Positions 41,557 through 51,981 of a stretch of DNA of 64,000 nt are shown one piece after another; positions within the stretch are counted from its first letter, which is position 1, and every line of letters starts with the position of its first letter. Below the pieces are notes generated by a model. The model did not search any database. It was not told where the DNA came from and saw nothing but the letters and a program-made list of their open reading frames with translations. Source of the DNA: Candidatus Hodarchaeum mangrovi (GTDB lineage Archaea > Asgardarchaeota > Heimdallarchaeia > Hodarchaeales > Hodarchaeaceae). Where the stretch lies: contig JAEOUE010000254.1 of NCBI GenBank assembly GCA_016839515.1, positions 20,932-84,931 of the forward strand, in the 5' to 3' direction. Made by a program: the position numbers and the translations under genes.

Positions 41557-41835
41557 GTGTATATAGTGACTGCTAAAATCTTTCAAGAAAAATGCATCGG
41601 ATGTACATGGTGTGTTGAGGTCTGTCCTCATCAAATAATAATTATTTCAAAAGAAAATAATAAAGCTGAGATTATAAATGCAAAATTCTGCATAGAATGT
41701 GGAGCCTGTGCATTACAATGCCCTGTTGAGGCAATTCGCTCTCATCCTATAGGTTGTGGATGTATAGGTGGAGTATTAAGAAAAAAGATTAATAAAATTT
41801 TACGAAAAGAAAACCCTAAATCTTGTTGTAATTAA
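41557..41835 (+). CDS. hgcB: HgcB-like 2[4Fe-4S] ferredoxin
   Basis: CIGCTWCVEVCP and CIECGACALQCP, then GCGC and terminal SCCN; 5 nt after the hgcA-like gene. Confidence 0.85.
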   Translation: MYIVTAKIFQEKCIGCTWCVEVCPHQIIIISKENNKAEIINAKFCIECGACALQCPVEAIRSHPIGCGCIGGVLRKKINKILRKENPKSCCN

Positions 41836-41857
41836 TTATCCAAAGAGGGAAATTATA

Positions 41858-42853
41858 ATGGAATACAAACTATTAGGAAAGACTGGTATTCGAGTTAGTC
41901 GAATTTGTTTAGGAATGATGTCTTTTGGCGATCCCAATATATCTAAATGGACCTTGGGGATTGAAGAAGCAAAATCAATAATTTTGAAAGCAATCGATTT
42001 AGGAATTAATTTTTTTGACACAGCAAATGTCTATTCTGCTGGGAAATCAGAGGAAATAACTGGTGAGATCTTAAAGGATTATAGAGATGAAGTTGTGATT
42101 GCTACTAAAGTCTTTTTCCCCTTAAGTGGCTATAGTCGTGATCCCGAACCAAAACCAAACACTAATGGACTCTCACGCTATCATATTAGACAAGCAATCC
42201 GTGATTCGCTAAAAAGGCTACAAACTGATCACGTTGATTTATATCAAATTCATCGGTTGGATCCATCTTTACCAATTGAAGAGATTCTCATATCACTTAA
42301 TCATCTAATTCAACAAGGAAAAGTCCTTCATATAGGAGCCAGCTCGATGTTTGCATGGCAGTTTACAAAAAGTCTCTGGATGGCAGAAAAATACAATTTG
42401 GAACCGTTTAAAACAATGCAAAACCATTACAACCTTTTATATAGAGAAGAAGAACGAGAAATGATTCCATTGTGTCAAGACCAAGATATTGGTCTTATTC
42501 CTTGGAGTCCCCTTGCCCGAGGATTCTTAGCTGGTAAATATCAACGTGAAGAAGAAGAGACATCAAATCGAAGTAAATATGATCGTTATTTAAAGCTGAG
42601 ATATTTCAAAAAGGAAGACTTTGATATTGTTGACCGAGTTGTTGAAATCGCAAAAGAAAAAGACGTTGAACCTGCTCAAATTGCTTTAGCATGGCATTTT
42701 AGTAAAGATTATATTACTGCACCTATTTTAGGTGCAACCAATATCAGCCATGTCGAAGATGCTGTAGAAGCGTTACAAATTAAACTTACAGACTATGATA
42801 TTGTACGTTTAGAAGAGCTCTATAAACCTCAACTGATCAGTGGTCATTCCTAA
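41858..42853 (+). CDS. Aldo/keto reductase
   Basis: DTANVYS, IATKV, DLYQIH, PWSPLARG. Confidence 0.93.
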   Translation: MEYKLLGKTGIRVSRICLGMMSFGDPNISKWTLGIEEAKSIILKAIDLGINFFDTANVYSAGKSEEITGEILKDYRDEVVIATKVFFPLSGYSRDPEPKPNTNGLSRYHIRQAIRDSLKRLQTDHVDLYQIHRLDPSLPIEEILISLNHLIQQGKVLHIGASSMFAWQFTKSLWMAEKYNLEPFKTMQNHYNLLYREEEREMIPLCQDQDIGLIPWSPLARGFLAGKYQREEEETSNRSKYDRYLKLRYFKKEDFDIVDRVVEIAKEKDVEPAQIALAWHFSKDYITAPILGATNISHVEDAVEALQIKLTDYDIVRLEELYKPQLISGHS

Positions 42854-42939
42854 GAATTATCTCTAATAAAATTATCTTTAAATGAAAAAATACTGAATCT
42901 TTTTATTAGGTAGGATTCAGTGAAGAGGCTAAAACTGAT

Positions 42940-43890
42940 TTGGAAGAAGAACAATTTCATATACACACAACACGTTTATTCGCTGTGTTTGTAATGATGA
43001 TTGCAGCTTTTTTCTGGGGTACAACATATATAATAGTAAAAATCGGTCTTTCCTATCTTGATCCTCCTCTTCCACCCCTTGGTTTTTTATTTTTAAGGTT
43101 CTTAATAGCTTTGATAATTATTTTCATTCCTATAAGCCTTCTCAATCCTATTAATGATTTCTTTGTCTTATTAAAAACCAAATGGATTATTTTTTTGGGA
43201 GTAGTTAATGCTATTGCCTATATACTTCAGTTTTTAGGTCAAGGCGGGACTACTTCCGCCATAGCAGCTTTATTCATAAATATATATCTAATATCCACCC
43301 CATTCATTGCATGGGTGATTTTAAAAGAACAAATACCGAAAAAACTTATAGGAGCAATATTTTGTGGATTGATGGGAGTAATAATGGTTTCAACTGCAAA
43401 TATATTAATCGAACCACCTCAGGATTATACAATCTTCTTTTTAAGCACGATATCGGTCTTTTTCTCGGGAATTATTTGGGGAGGATATTCTGTTATCTCT
43501 AAAAAAATAAATATTCTAGCTAATGAAACAAACTCTATTCAAATGAAAAATGCCCCTTTGATCTTTACAACCTCAAATTTCTACACAGTCTGCATAATAT
43601 TTTTTTCTATGCTTTTCTTTCACCATTTACCAAATATTTCCATTTTTACATTAAATTCATGGTTAATAATTCTATATCTTGCTATATGCGGGACTTTAAT
43701 TCCATTTGTTCTTATAATTTATGCTTCTCGTTCGTTGAAAGCATCAGAGATTAATCTAATCACTCTTTTAAATGTAATTGTTGGATTAATACTTGCTTCC
43801 CTCGTATTAGCAGAGGATTTTACATTGTTAAGTGTGATAGGGAGTTGTTTAATTATAATAGGCATTATTACCTCTATCAATACTAAGTAA
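42940..43890 (+). CDS. EamA/DMT transporter
   Basis: FFWG, LRF, 10 TM helices in two repeats. Confidence 0.88.
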   Translation: MEEEQFHIHTTRLFAVFVMMIAAFFWGTTYIIVKIGLSYLDPPLPPLGFLFLRFLIALIIIFIPISLLNPINDFFVLLKTKWIIFLGVVNAIAYILQFLGQGGTTSAIAALFINIYLISTPFIAWVILKEQIPKKLIGAIFCGLMGVIMVSTANILIEPPQDYTIFFLSTISVFFSGIIWGGYSVISKKINILANETNSIQMKNAPLIFTTSNFYTVCIIFFSMLFFHHLPNISIFTLNSWLIILYLAICGTLIPFVLIIYASRSLKASEINLITLLNVIVGLILASLVLAEDFTLLSVIGSCLIIIGIITSINTK

Positions 43891-43974
43891 TTTGAATTTA
43901 GTTGTTTTTTTTGTTAAATAAAGCGAAGAGCTTTTATTTTTATTAATAAAGGCTCTGATTAGTGGTGTCACCAT

Positions 43975-44880
43975 ATGATATGGTCTCGCGAAGAATTACA
44001 TGACCTTCAATTATCAGGAAAAATCGCTAAATTAACATTAGATCAGATTGAAGCTTATATCAAACCAGGAATTTCGATTGGGGCATTACATGATACTTTA
44101 GTTAAATTAATACAGAAACGTGGAGCTGATTTAGCTTTTCCTCCAAATATTAGCTTAGACAATTGCGCAGCGCATGATACAGCAAATATTGATGAAAAGC
44201 GAGTAATTCCTAAACGAGGCTTAATTAAAATTGATATAGGTGCTAATGTTAATGGGATGCTTTCTGATACTGCCAAAACATTTTCTACCGACGGAAAGAA
44301 TGTTCGACTTATTAAAGCATCTCAGGAAGCTCTTGATAAAGCTATCGAGACATTAAAACCTGGTATCAGAATTAGTGACGTTGGATCAGTTGTACAAGAA
44401 ACTATTGAACGTTTTGGATACAAGCCGATTTCAAATTTGACAGGCCATCAATTAGAAAAAGCTCGTCTTCATGCAGGAGTATCAATTCCAAGTGTCAAGG
44501 CGATGCCTTTTTCAAAGCGTACAAAAATCAAAGAAGGTATGATTCTAGCAATAGAACCGTTTGCGACTGATGGCAAAGGACTTAATTCTGGGTATGTTGA
44601 TAATTTTGGTGAACCGCTGATTTTTTCTTCTAGTGGAAATCCCCGAACAGAGGTAGGAAAAATTTTAACCAAACGTTTTGAGTTATTACCTTTTTCTCTT
44701 AGGTATGCGAATCAATATTTAATTGAAAAAGAGAGTAAAGTTTCTAATCTAGCTCAAATTTTGACTCAAGACCATTTTCATGGGTACCCACCTCTTGTTG
44801 AAAAAACAGGTGGACTTGTCAGTCAGGCAGAACATTCAGTCTTGATTACTAAATCAGGTATAAAGATCTTAACTGAATGA
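43975..44880 (+). CDS. map: Methionine aminopeptidase type II
   Basis: AFPPN, AAH, KIDIG, SDTA, NLTGH, AIEPF, QAEH. Confidence 0.93.
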   Translation: MIWSREELHDLQLSGKIAKLTLDQIEAYIKPGISIGALHDTLVKLIQKRGADLAFPPNISLDNCAAHDTANIDEKRVIPKRGLIKIDIGANVNGMLSDTAKTFSTDGKNVRLIKASQEALDKAIETLKPGIRISDVGSVVQETIERFGYKPISNLTGHQLEKARLHAGVSIPSVKAMPFSKRTKIKEGMILAIEPFATDGKGLNSGYVDNFGEPLIFSSSGNPRTEVGKILTKRFELLPFSLRYANQYLIEKESKVSNLAQILTQDHFHGYPPLVEKTGGLVSQAEHSVLITKSGIKILTE

Positions 44881-44933
44881 ACTATATCTTACCAGAATGA
44901 TATTGCTTATAAATATGTAATAAATTCAAAGAT

Positions 44934-46274
44934 TTGTTTTTTATAACTATTGTTCAATATAAACTTATAGGTGCTACTAAATTGTCCTCAATGAATCAAG
45001 ATGAAGATCAGAAACAATCATCTAACTTGATTGGTTATCTTATTTTTCTTTGTGGCCAATGGATATCAATTTTAGGATCAAATATAGTCAATTTTGTAAT
45101 TATATGGTTCTTAGCATTAACTACAGAAAGTGAATTTGTTTTAGGTCTTTCCGCTTTTCTTGGTTTTATGCCATTCATTCTTGTAACCCCCATTGCAGGA
45201 GTGTTTGTGGATAGATGGAGTAGAAAGAAAGTAATTGTTTTCGTTGACTTTATGCAGGCATTCTTTACATTAATCCTGATAGCTGCCTTTATATCAAATC
45301 TTTTCACTGATATTCAGCTTGTACTCATTCTTCTTTCCTTGAATTTTATTAGAGGAATCTTTGGGGCATTTCACACTTCAGCAACTGATACTCTTCTACC
45401 AATCATGGTTCCACGGGATCAACTAAGTCGAATAAATGGTATGAATTACTTTGTTAATGCTGGAATAAATATTATTGGTCCAATTATCGCTCCTATATTA
45501 CTTGAGATTTTTCCAGATATTACTCAAATACTCTGGCTAGATGTTATTACCTTTCTTCTAGCTATTGTACCAACATTATTAATAACTATACCAAAAATTA
45601 TTAAGAAAGTTGAAAAAATTGAAAAACCTTCTTTCGGACACGAATTCATCGAAGGAATTCGATTCATAATTAAAACACCTGGGTTATTCCCTCTTCTCTT
45701 TGTTTTTGCAGGTGCAAATTTCTTTTTGACTCCACTCTTCACTCAACTTGCTTTTTTCATCAAATTCATCCATGGAGGTCAGGCTCAAGATTTCGGATTT
45801 ATAGCAGCTTTACAGCAAACAGGTCTGCTTATTGGTTCATTCATTATGACATTCTGGAAAGGCTTCAAGAATCATGCTTTAGGTGTTGCATTTGGATTGT
45901 TTTTAGGCTACTTAGGACTAGTTATAATGCTTCTAGCTCCTATTGGTTTTTTCCTAATATTAGGTATTGGAATTTTTATTACAGGATTTGTATTACCAGT
46001 TGCTAATGTCTCAAGTGAGGCAATCTGGGGAGCTACTGTTCCACGAGAAGTATTAGGCCGCGTTTATGCGGTTCGTCGGACATTGGCACAATTTAGTGCA
46101 CCTGTTTCAATGCTCCTCTCTGGAATTTTTGCAGAATTATATGGTTTAACCATCATTCTCTGGGTAGCTTCGATATTGGGACTAACTGTCTTAGGATTCA
46201 CATGGTTTTTCACTCCACTACCAGAAGTCGAGAAACGTATCAGTATACAGAGATCAAATACTAAAGATGCTTAA
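44934..46274 (+). CDS. MFS transporter (MefA-like); start may be ATG 44991
   Basis: GQWISILGS, AGVFVDRWSRK, 12 TM helices. Confidence 0.88.
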   Translation: MFFITIVQYKLIGATKLSSMNQDEDQKQSSNLIGYLIFLCGQWISILGSNIVNFVIIWFLALTTESEFVLGLSAFLGFMPFILVTPIAGVFVDRWSRKKVIVFVDFMQAFFTLILIAAFISNLFTDIQLVLILLSLNFIRGIFGAFHTSATDTLLPIMVPRDQLSRINGMNYFVNAGINIIGPIIAPILLEIFPDITQILWLDVITFLLAIVPTLLITIPKIIKKVEKIEKPSFGHEFIEGIRFIIKTPGLFPLLFVFAGANFFLTPLFTQLAFFIKFIHGGQAQDFGFIAALQQTGLLIGSFIMTFWKGFKNHALGVAFGLFLGYLGLVIMLLAPIGFFLILGIGIFITGFVLPVANVSSEAIWGATVPREVLGRVYAVRRTLAQFSAPVSMLLSGIFAELYGLTIILWVASILGLTVLGFTWFFTPLPEVEKRISIQRSNTKDA

Positions 46275-48253
46275 GCTTGTATTCGATTGGTTTTATATTT
46301 TAATTGACTTTCAAGAATATCTAGGAGAGAAAGACAGGAAAAATAACGTATACTAGGATCTTTCTCAATCTGTGGATCAATCAACTTGAATAGCTCTGGA
46401 ACGATACTAGGATTGCTACGATATCCTAAGGCTTCTGCTGCTAATTCACGTACGCTATAAATCTTCTCTATTTGAATTGCTTGAACTAAAAACTGATCTA
46501 TCTTGATATCGCTATTTGGGATATGACCCAAAGCATGAGCAGAGGCTGCTCGTACGGTATTTGCTGGATCATGAAGAAGGTGATGAATTAACCTTTCTAA
46601 GATCGGATTTAGACTAAATGACTCATCTAAGTCGTCTATTTTGTTGATAAATACTCTAAATGCTTCTATTATTTGTTGACGGACTTCAAGGCGATCAGAA
46701 TGCAATAGAGAAAACATTAAATCTAGATCAGAATATTCAATCCAATTAGTTAAAATCTCAAGATAATTCAAGTTTAATAATAAATCTCTACTATTCTTTA
46801 TTCTATCTAGAATATGATTCTTAAAAATTCTTTGGTCTAACTGTGATATAGCCCATGTGGCTTGTCTTTTGACCCATGGATCTGATTCTTTTTCTAAACA
46901 TTCTAATAGAGCCTCAAAACTTAAGTTTTCCTTTAAATTTCCTAGAAATGTGCAAATAGAAGCTTTAAGTGAAAAAGAAATTGATAGTTGAAGATTTTTA
47001 AGAATTAACGGCAAATATTTTGATAAAAACTCTATATCTTTCTTTAACAACGGTATAAAGCTTTCTAATCCCTCTAAGATGGACTCTTTTAAGGAGGATG
47101 ATTGAATTTTGAAATACAGATCTATCAAGCAAGCCATTGATTCTTCATAGCTATTCAATTGTGCAAGTAAGGAGATAATATTCTCCTTTACTTTGAAATC
47201 AACTTCTTGAGAAAGACAGGTTTGACATAATCGCTGCATTAATTTACCTCTTTCGGCCTCATCAAGATAAAGTTGCTGAATTGACCATGCACTAACAGAC
47301 CTGACGTATGAATCTTCATCAATTAATCCTTTTAATAGAGATGAAAGAGCTTCTTGACTTTTAATTATACCTAGTGCCTCAGCAGATGCTTCTCTTACTG
47401 AAAAACTAACATCAGTCTCCAGACTTTCAGCTAAATCTCCTAACGCTTCATAAACTTTTAAGATTCCTAGTGCTTCTGCAGCTGCTGCTCTAATTTTAGA
47501 ATTACTATCAAATTTTAATCGTTCTATCAAAATTGGATATAAATCATATAAATTCTTCTTTCCTATTAATTTAACTGCTTTTAACCGAATCGCTGGATGT
47601 TTTTCTGTCTCAACGATAACGTCGAGACTATTATTAACTTCAGTGGTCTCTAACCACTCAAAAGAGTCTAAGGCTCGTTTACGAAGGCCGATATCTTCAT
47701 AAGATGAACTGTTTAATGTTAATAGAAGGTGTTCTAATTGTTTTGAGATTTTTTTTGCTTTTTTAGAATAGAACTGTAAACCCTCAATAATTCCCTTCTT
47801 TATCTTTTCATTATATCGATTTATATTCCATTGATGAAGAAAAATATCTTCCACAATTGGAAAAGGAAAATTTCCTAGTAATTCTAAATAAGTTGGTAAT
47901 TTTTCTCTAATATTGATTTGTTGTTGAATTTCGGTAAAAAGTTCTTCTTCATTTGGGATTATACCAGATAATGTCTTATTTAATGAACTTTTAATTGAGT
48001 TGATCACATCAGGATCTTCCTCCCTTCTTAGCCATTGCAATAACTCATTAGAGATTACAGTTTTTCCAGTAAAGTTATTTGCAAGAATTATTCTTTGAAT
48101 TTTATTATTTGAGTATGTTAAAGGAATCAGCTTCTCCGGAAATATAGCAGCCAATCGTGTTATAAGTAATGATACAATTTGATGATCAGGATCAACTTCA
48201 ATAAGGTTTATTAATGAATTTTGGATTAAATTAACATCTAACGTTTTTTTCAT
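46271..48253 (-). CDS. HEAT (PBS-lyase type) repeat protein
   Basis: Repeated xVRxxAAxALG units. Confidence 0.85.
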   Translation of the reverse strand: MKKTLDVNLIQNSLINLIEVDPDHQIVSLLITRLAAIFPEKLIPLTYSNNKIQRIILANNFTGKTVISNELLQWLRREEDPDVINSIKSSLNKTLSGIIPNEEELFTEIQQQINIREKLPTYLELLGNFPFPIVEDIFLHQWNINRYNEKIKKGIIEGLQFYSKKAKKISKQLEHLLLTLNSSSYEDIGLRKRALDSFEWLETTEVNNSLDVIVETEKHPAIRLKAVKLIGKKNLYDLYPILIERLKFDSNSKIRAAAAEALGILKVYEALGDLAESLETDVSFSVREASAEALGIIKSQEALSSLLKGLIDEDSYVRSVSAWSIQQLYLDEAERGKLMQRLCQTCLSQEVDFKVKENIISLLAQLNSYEESMACLIDLYFKIQSSSLKESILEGLESFIPLLKKDIEFLSKYLPLILKNLQLSISFSLKASICTFLGNLKENLSFEALLECLEKESDPWVKRQATWAISQLDQRIFKNHILDRIKNSRDLLLNLNYLEILTNWIEYSDLDLMFSLLHSDRLEVRQQIIEAFRVFINKIDDLDESFSLNPILERLIHHLLHDPANTVRAASAHALGHIPNSDIKIDQFLVQAIQIEKIYSVRELAAEALGYRSNPSIVPELFKLIDPQIEKDPSIRYFSCLSLLDILESQLKYKTNRIQA

Positions 48254-48371
48254 CAGTTATAAACCCTGAGACATTCATAATGGTGCGTTTAATAAAATTC
48301 TTGTCCTATAAACTTTAAAATCTAGATTATAATGATAATCTTACTCTAAACAAGATTCAACGATTATAAAG

Positions 48372-48477
48372 AATCATTCGTTTGCTCCACCTGAGGTTTA
48401 GCATGCTCTAAAGCATCAATAGTATACTAATCGGCTTTAGTTGAGCATTCAGAGCTTGGATATTCGCCTCAATGATT
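48372..48477. other. Nested inverted repeat / candidate structured RNA between divergent genes
   Basis: ATGCTC-TAAAGC (48403-48414) pairs with GCTTTA-gtt-GAGCAT (48434-48448) around the palindrome TAGTATACTA, with an outer AATCATT/AATGATT pair. Confidence 0.4.
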
Positions 48478-48496
48478 AAGTGAGATTGAAAAACAA

Positions 48497-49312
48497 ATGA
48501 AAACACCCCAATTTAACCCATTTCGCTCTCCTCATCGACCTTTAGTCATGGGACATCGAGGTGATCAAACAGTTTCTCCTGAAAATACTTTATTAGCTTT
48601 AAAAAATGCTGCTCTGTTAGAACTAGATGTTATTGAAACAGACATTCGTATGACTAAAGATAATGAATTAATATTATTTCATGATGAAACTTTGGATCGA
48701 ACGACTAATAAAACGGGCCCTGTGAAGAATTACACCCTAGATGAACTCAATCAGGTAGATTTAGGTTATTCATTCACATTAGATGGTGGAAAGTCTTTTC
48801 CTGCTCGTGGTCAAAATTGGAAAGTTGTTACTCTCCGTCAAGCATTTGATTTATTCCCTAAAATGCATTTTAATTTGGATATAAAAAATGTTGATCCTAT
48901 TGTTCCAGAGCTTCTAGCGAAAATAATAATAGAATATTCTCGTGAGGATTCGATATTAGTGGGATCATTTCATCATTTTCAAATAAAAAAGTTCAGAAAA
49001 ATCCTTCCACATGTTCATACGTCAGCATCACCTCAAGAAGTCAGAAGATTTTTAACTTTTCAAACACTATTTCTGGAGAGAATAATTACTCCGAGATATT
49101 CTGCATTTCAGGTCCCTATCACTCATCAAAATCGCACGATTGTGACAAAACGATTTGTAAGAGCTGCACATGCCAAAAATATTGCAGTTCATGTTTGGGT
49201 TGTTAATGACCGGCTATCATTCGAATATTTAATTCAACTCGGTGTTGATGGGATTTTTACTGACGATCCTTGGCTTCTCTTGGAAGTACTACAGGAAAAA
49301 GAATTAATTTGA
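48497..49312 (+). CDS. Glycerophosphodiester phosphodiesterase
   Basis: GHRG, PENT, ETD, HD, LDIK, GIFTD. Confidence 0.92.
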   Translation: MKTPQFNPFRSPHRPLVMGHRGDQTVSPENTLLALKNAALLELDVIETDIRMTKDNELILFHDETLDRTTNKTGPVKNYTLDELNQVDLGYSFTLDGGKSFPARGQNWKVVTLRQAFDLFPKMHFNLDIKNVDPIVPELLAKIIIEYSREDSILVGSFHHFQIKKFRKILPHVHTSASPQEVRRFLTFQTLFLERIITPRYSAFQVPITHQNRTIVTKRFVRAAHAKNIAVHVWVVNDRLSFEYLIQLGVDGIFTDDPWLLLEVLQEKELI

Positions 49313-49320
49313 GGTTTTAA

Positions 49321-50100
49321 ATGGAGCATCCTACACCTGATGATCAGAAAGTATTAAAACACTTAACGCAAATTCTATTCTTCCCTTCTTGGTCAAAATT
49401 AATAGGTTCAGAATATTATTTGGGTTCTTATTTAAATCAACCAGTTATTGAAATATTAAAGGATAATGTTGTGTTTTTACCCGATCAAATACTAACAGGC
49501 GAAGAAGAAGATTCTGAAGAAGCTTTTGTTGTTTTAACTGGAGTTGGTCTTTATTATACCCAATTTCGTGTCACTCCTAAAATGATTAACACTGATTTTC
49601 GAGAATTGACATGTCTTTTAATTTCATTAGATGATTATGAAAAAGCTCAAGATATATCAACTTCAATCATTAATTCTGAAAATCTCCGTATGACTGAATT
49701 GATGATTTCCATTCCATTTGCACTTATTTTGGCACGACAAACCACTCAAATGTTTATGAGAGGGGTCATTGCACGGAATGTAGTTCATCCATACAAAGAT
49801 TGTTTTGATGAGTTAGTCCGAATGTGCAACAATCCAAACACTCTTTCCTCTGAAAATGGATATAAATTACTTTCAGGAGGGGGAAAATTTACTAATCATC
49901 TTTTAACAGAAAAAATTTTAGATAGATATTCTCAAGTCACTGCAGGTTTGAAAGCAGTTGAAACCTCAGCTAATATAATTTTAGATTCTCTTCAATTAAC
50001 GGAAAGTAGGATAAGATTAGCAATTTTTGAAAAAATAAGGTTAATCAAACGTGATTTTGTTGATGTTGGGTATCCCAGACTAATGGATTGGACGCCTTGA
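49321..50100 (+). CDS. Hypothetical protein
   Basis: 259 aa ORF 8 nt after the GDPD gene with a GAGG motif upstream; no recognised motif. Confidence 0.7.
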   Translation: MEHPTPDDQKVLKHLTQILFFPSWSKLIGSEYYLGSYLNQPVIEILKDNVVFLPDQILTGEEEDSEEAFVVLTGVGLYYTQFRVTPKMINTDFRELTCLLISLDDYEKAQDISTSIINSENLRMTELMISIPFALILARQTTQMFMRGVIARNVVHPYKDCFDELVRMCNNPNTLSSENGYKLLSGGGKFTNHLLTEKILDRYSQVTAGLKAVETSANIILDSLQLTESRIRLAIFEKIRLIKRDFVDVGYPRLMDWTP

Positions 50101-50301
50101 TAAAAAAGTCCATAATTGTTTAAGACAGCTTAATTATTGAAAATCACTCATTCTTAATAAAACAGATTTCATTCTTATTTATCAAAGAATTCTCAATCCT
50201 CGATTTAGATTTTCGGTTATTATGACTACGTTTCCCTAGACAGGTATAGGAACTATTATCTTTATATAGGATAAAGGCAATTTAGTGTCATTAGTTGAAT
50301 C

Positions 50302-51981
50302 ATGCAATTAGCTAAACTTAGTCTTAGAAACTTTAGAAGCATCGCCAACCTCTCTCTAAGTGATCTAAAGAGTTTAAATTGTTTTATAGGTCCCCATAAT
50401 TCAGGTAAGAGTAATTTATTGGAAGGTATTTCTGTTTTTTGGGATGGAGCTTTTCGTGCTGAAAATCAGCTACAATTCCCACAAGAAGAAGTCATTTCAA
50501 GTTATAATTTTGAAAATCTCCTCTCATATTTTGGAGATTCCAAATCCATATCTGGAGAATTTCATCTAAGAGTAAATGATGACATTCAATCATGGCAAGA
50601 TAATGAAATTCTACGTAATATTTTTGTTGAAACTGCGAAATTTTATCGTTATTCTCAAGCAAATCAAATTTTTGATGAATTTTTAGATCTATTAACCCAG
50701 ATCACTTCACATGGAGAAATAAGTCATTTTGTATTTAATTTGTCCTTGCAAAAAGAATTATATACCATACTAGAAAAAAAGATCTATCTCCAACTCCGAA
50801 ATGGAGAAAAGATTCCTTTTCCCGAGGAAAAAGTAGCCCCTGAAATCGTTCAAGAGTTCTTTTCACGAGCATTCTTTAGCTACTTTCAAACAGATTCCGA
50901 TTTCAATAGATCTCTCCATACGAATTTATTAGATTTACTACATGAAAAGAATTATCAAATACTATCTTTAATTGAAGAATTTCTTCAGGATGTCCTCTCT
51001 CAAAGATTTCATTTTGAACTTGGGGCACGAACACGGAATAACCATCAAATAATTGATGTTACTATAGAAAATGCTTTTACAAATCCGCTGTGGAAAATTT
51101 CATCCAGTACAAAACGGATAATTTCTCTTGCTTGGCTTCTAACTTGCAGTCCTATAGGTAGAATTGTTATTGTTGATGAGCCCTCCTTATTTCTCCATCC
51201 ACGCGGGGAAAGAGCTCTTGCAAGGAAACTTGAACAATTCTCTCGGAATCACCAAATATTCTTCTCAACTCACTCCACACGGCTTTTAATTGGTCACGCA
51301 TATCTAGTTGATCTTCACAATGGGTGGACTCGCATTAGACCTATAAAGGGAGAAAAAACCATGAAAAAGGTTGTTAATATCCTAGGGATCCAACCTTCTG
51401 ATTCCTTTGGATCTGATGTGGTAGTTTTTGTTGAAGGACGAACAGATGAACGAGTTTATCGAGTGTTTGAAGATATAATAATAGGTTCTGGAATACGAGC
51501 AGCAAAAAATCGTGTAAGTTTTATTCCTGTTGGGGGATGGACTAATATGAAATTTGTCATTTCTATAGAACTCTTGAAGAGTAAATTTGTTCGTTCCCGA
51601 GCTGTTGCAATCACTGATGGAGATATATTAAATTCTGATAATTATGATAGAGTTCGAAATAACTGGGAGATGGTTTTCCCAAAAAATACCTTCTTTTCTC
51701 TTACTGAAGAAAGTATTGAATCATTATTCCTTAATAATAGCGTTATTTTTCCACGATGTTTCACTAATTCTGATTCTATTACTATAGATCAGCTTAATGA
51801 ATACATCCAAAAACGAAGAAATCGTGGGATTCCTGATAAAGCTATTTTAATTGAATTATTAGAAATATATTACGGTAAACGCTATAGAGCACCATTAGCA
51901 GAAGCTCTTGCCAAGAAATTTACAAAAGAAGAAATCCCAAAGGATCTTCAAAATTTTTTTATCTCACAGATATTGTCATAG
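50302..51981 (+). CDS. OLD-family ATP-dependent nuclease (ABC ATPase + TOPRIM)
   Basis: NFRSI, GPHNSGKS, VDEPSLFLHP, STHS, TOPRIM FVEGRTD and TDGD. Confidence 0.88.
   Translation: MQLAKLSLRNFRSIANLSLSDLKSLNCFIGPHNSGKSNLLEGISVFWDGAFRAENQLQFPQEEVISSYNFENLLSYFGDSKSISGEFHLRVNDDIQSWQDNEILRNIFVETAKFYRYSQANQIFDEFLDLLTQITSHGEISHFVFNLSLQKELYTILEKKIYLQLRNGEKIPFPEEKVAPEIVQEFFSRAFFSYFQTDSDFNRSLHTNLLDLLHEKNYQILSLIEEFLQDVLSQRFHFELGARTRNNHQIIDVTIENAFTNPLWKISSSTKRIISLAWLLTCSPIGRIVIVDEPSLFLHPRGERALARKLEQFSRNHQIFFSTHSTRLLIGHAYLVDLHNGWTRIRPIKGEKTMKKVVNILGIQPSDSFGSDVVVFVEGRTDERVYRVFEDIIIGSGIRAAKNRVSFIPVGGWTNMKFVISIELLKSKFVRSRAVAITDGDILNSDNYDRVRNNWEMVFPKNTFFSLTEESIESLFLNNSVIFPRCFTNSDSITIDQLNEYIQKRRNRGIPDKAILIELLEIYYGKRYRAPLAEALAKKFTKEEIPKDLQNFFISQILS

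Noticed and set aside
46271-48253. HEAT protein as a coat/adaptin-like eukaryotic signature
   Set aside because: The repeats are of the widespread prokaryotic PBS-lyase type, with no beta-propeller or other coat feature.
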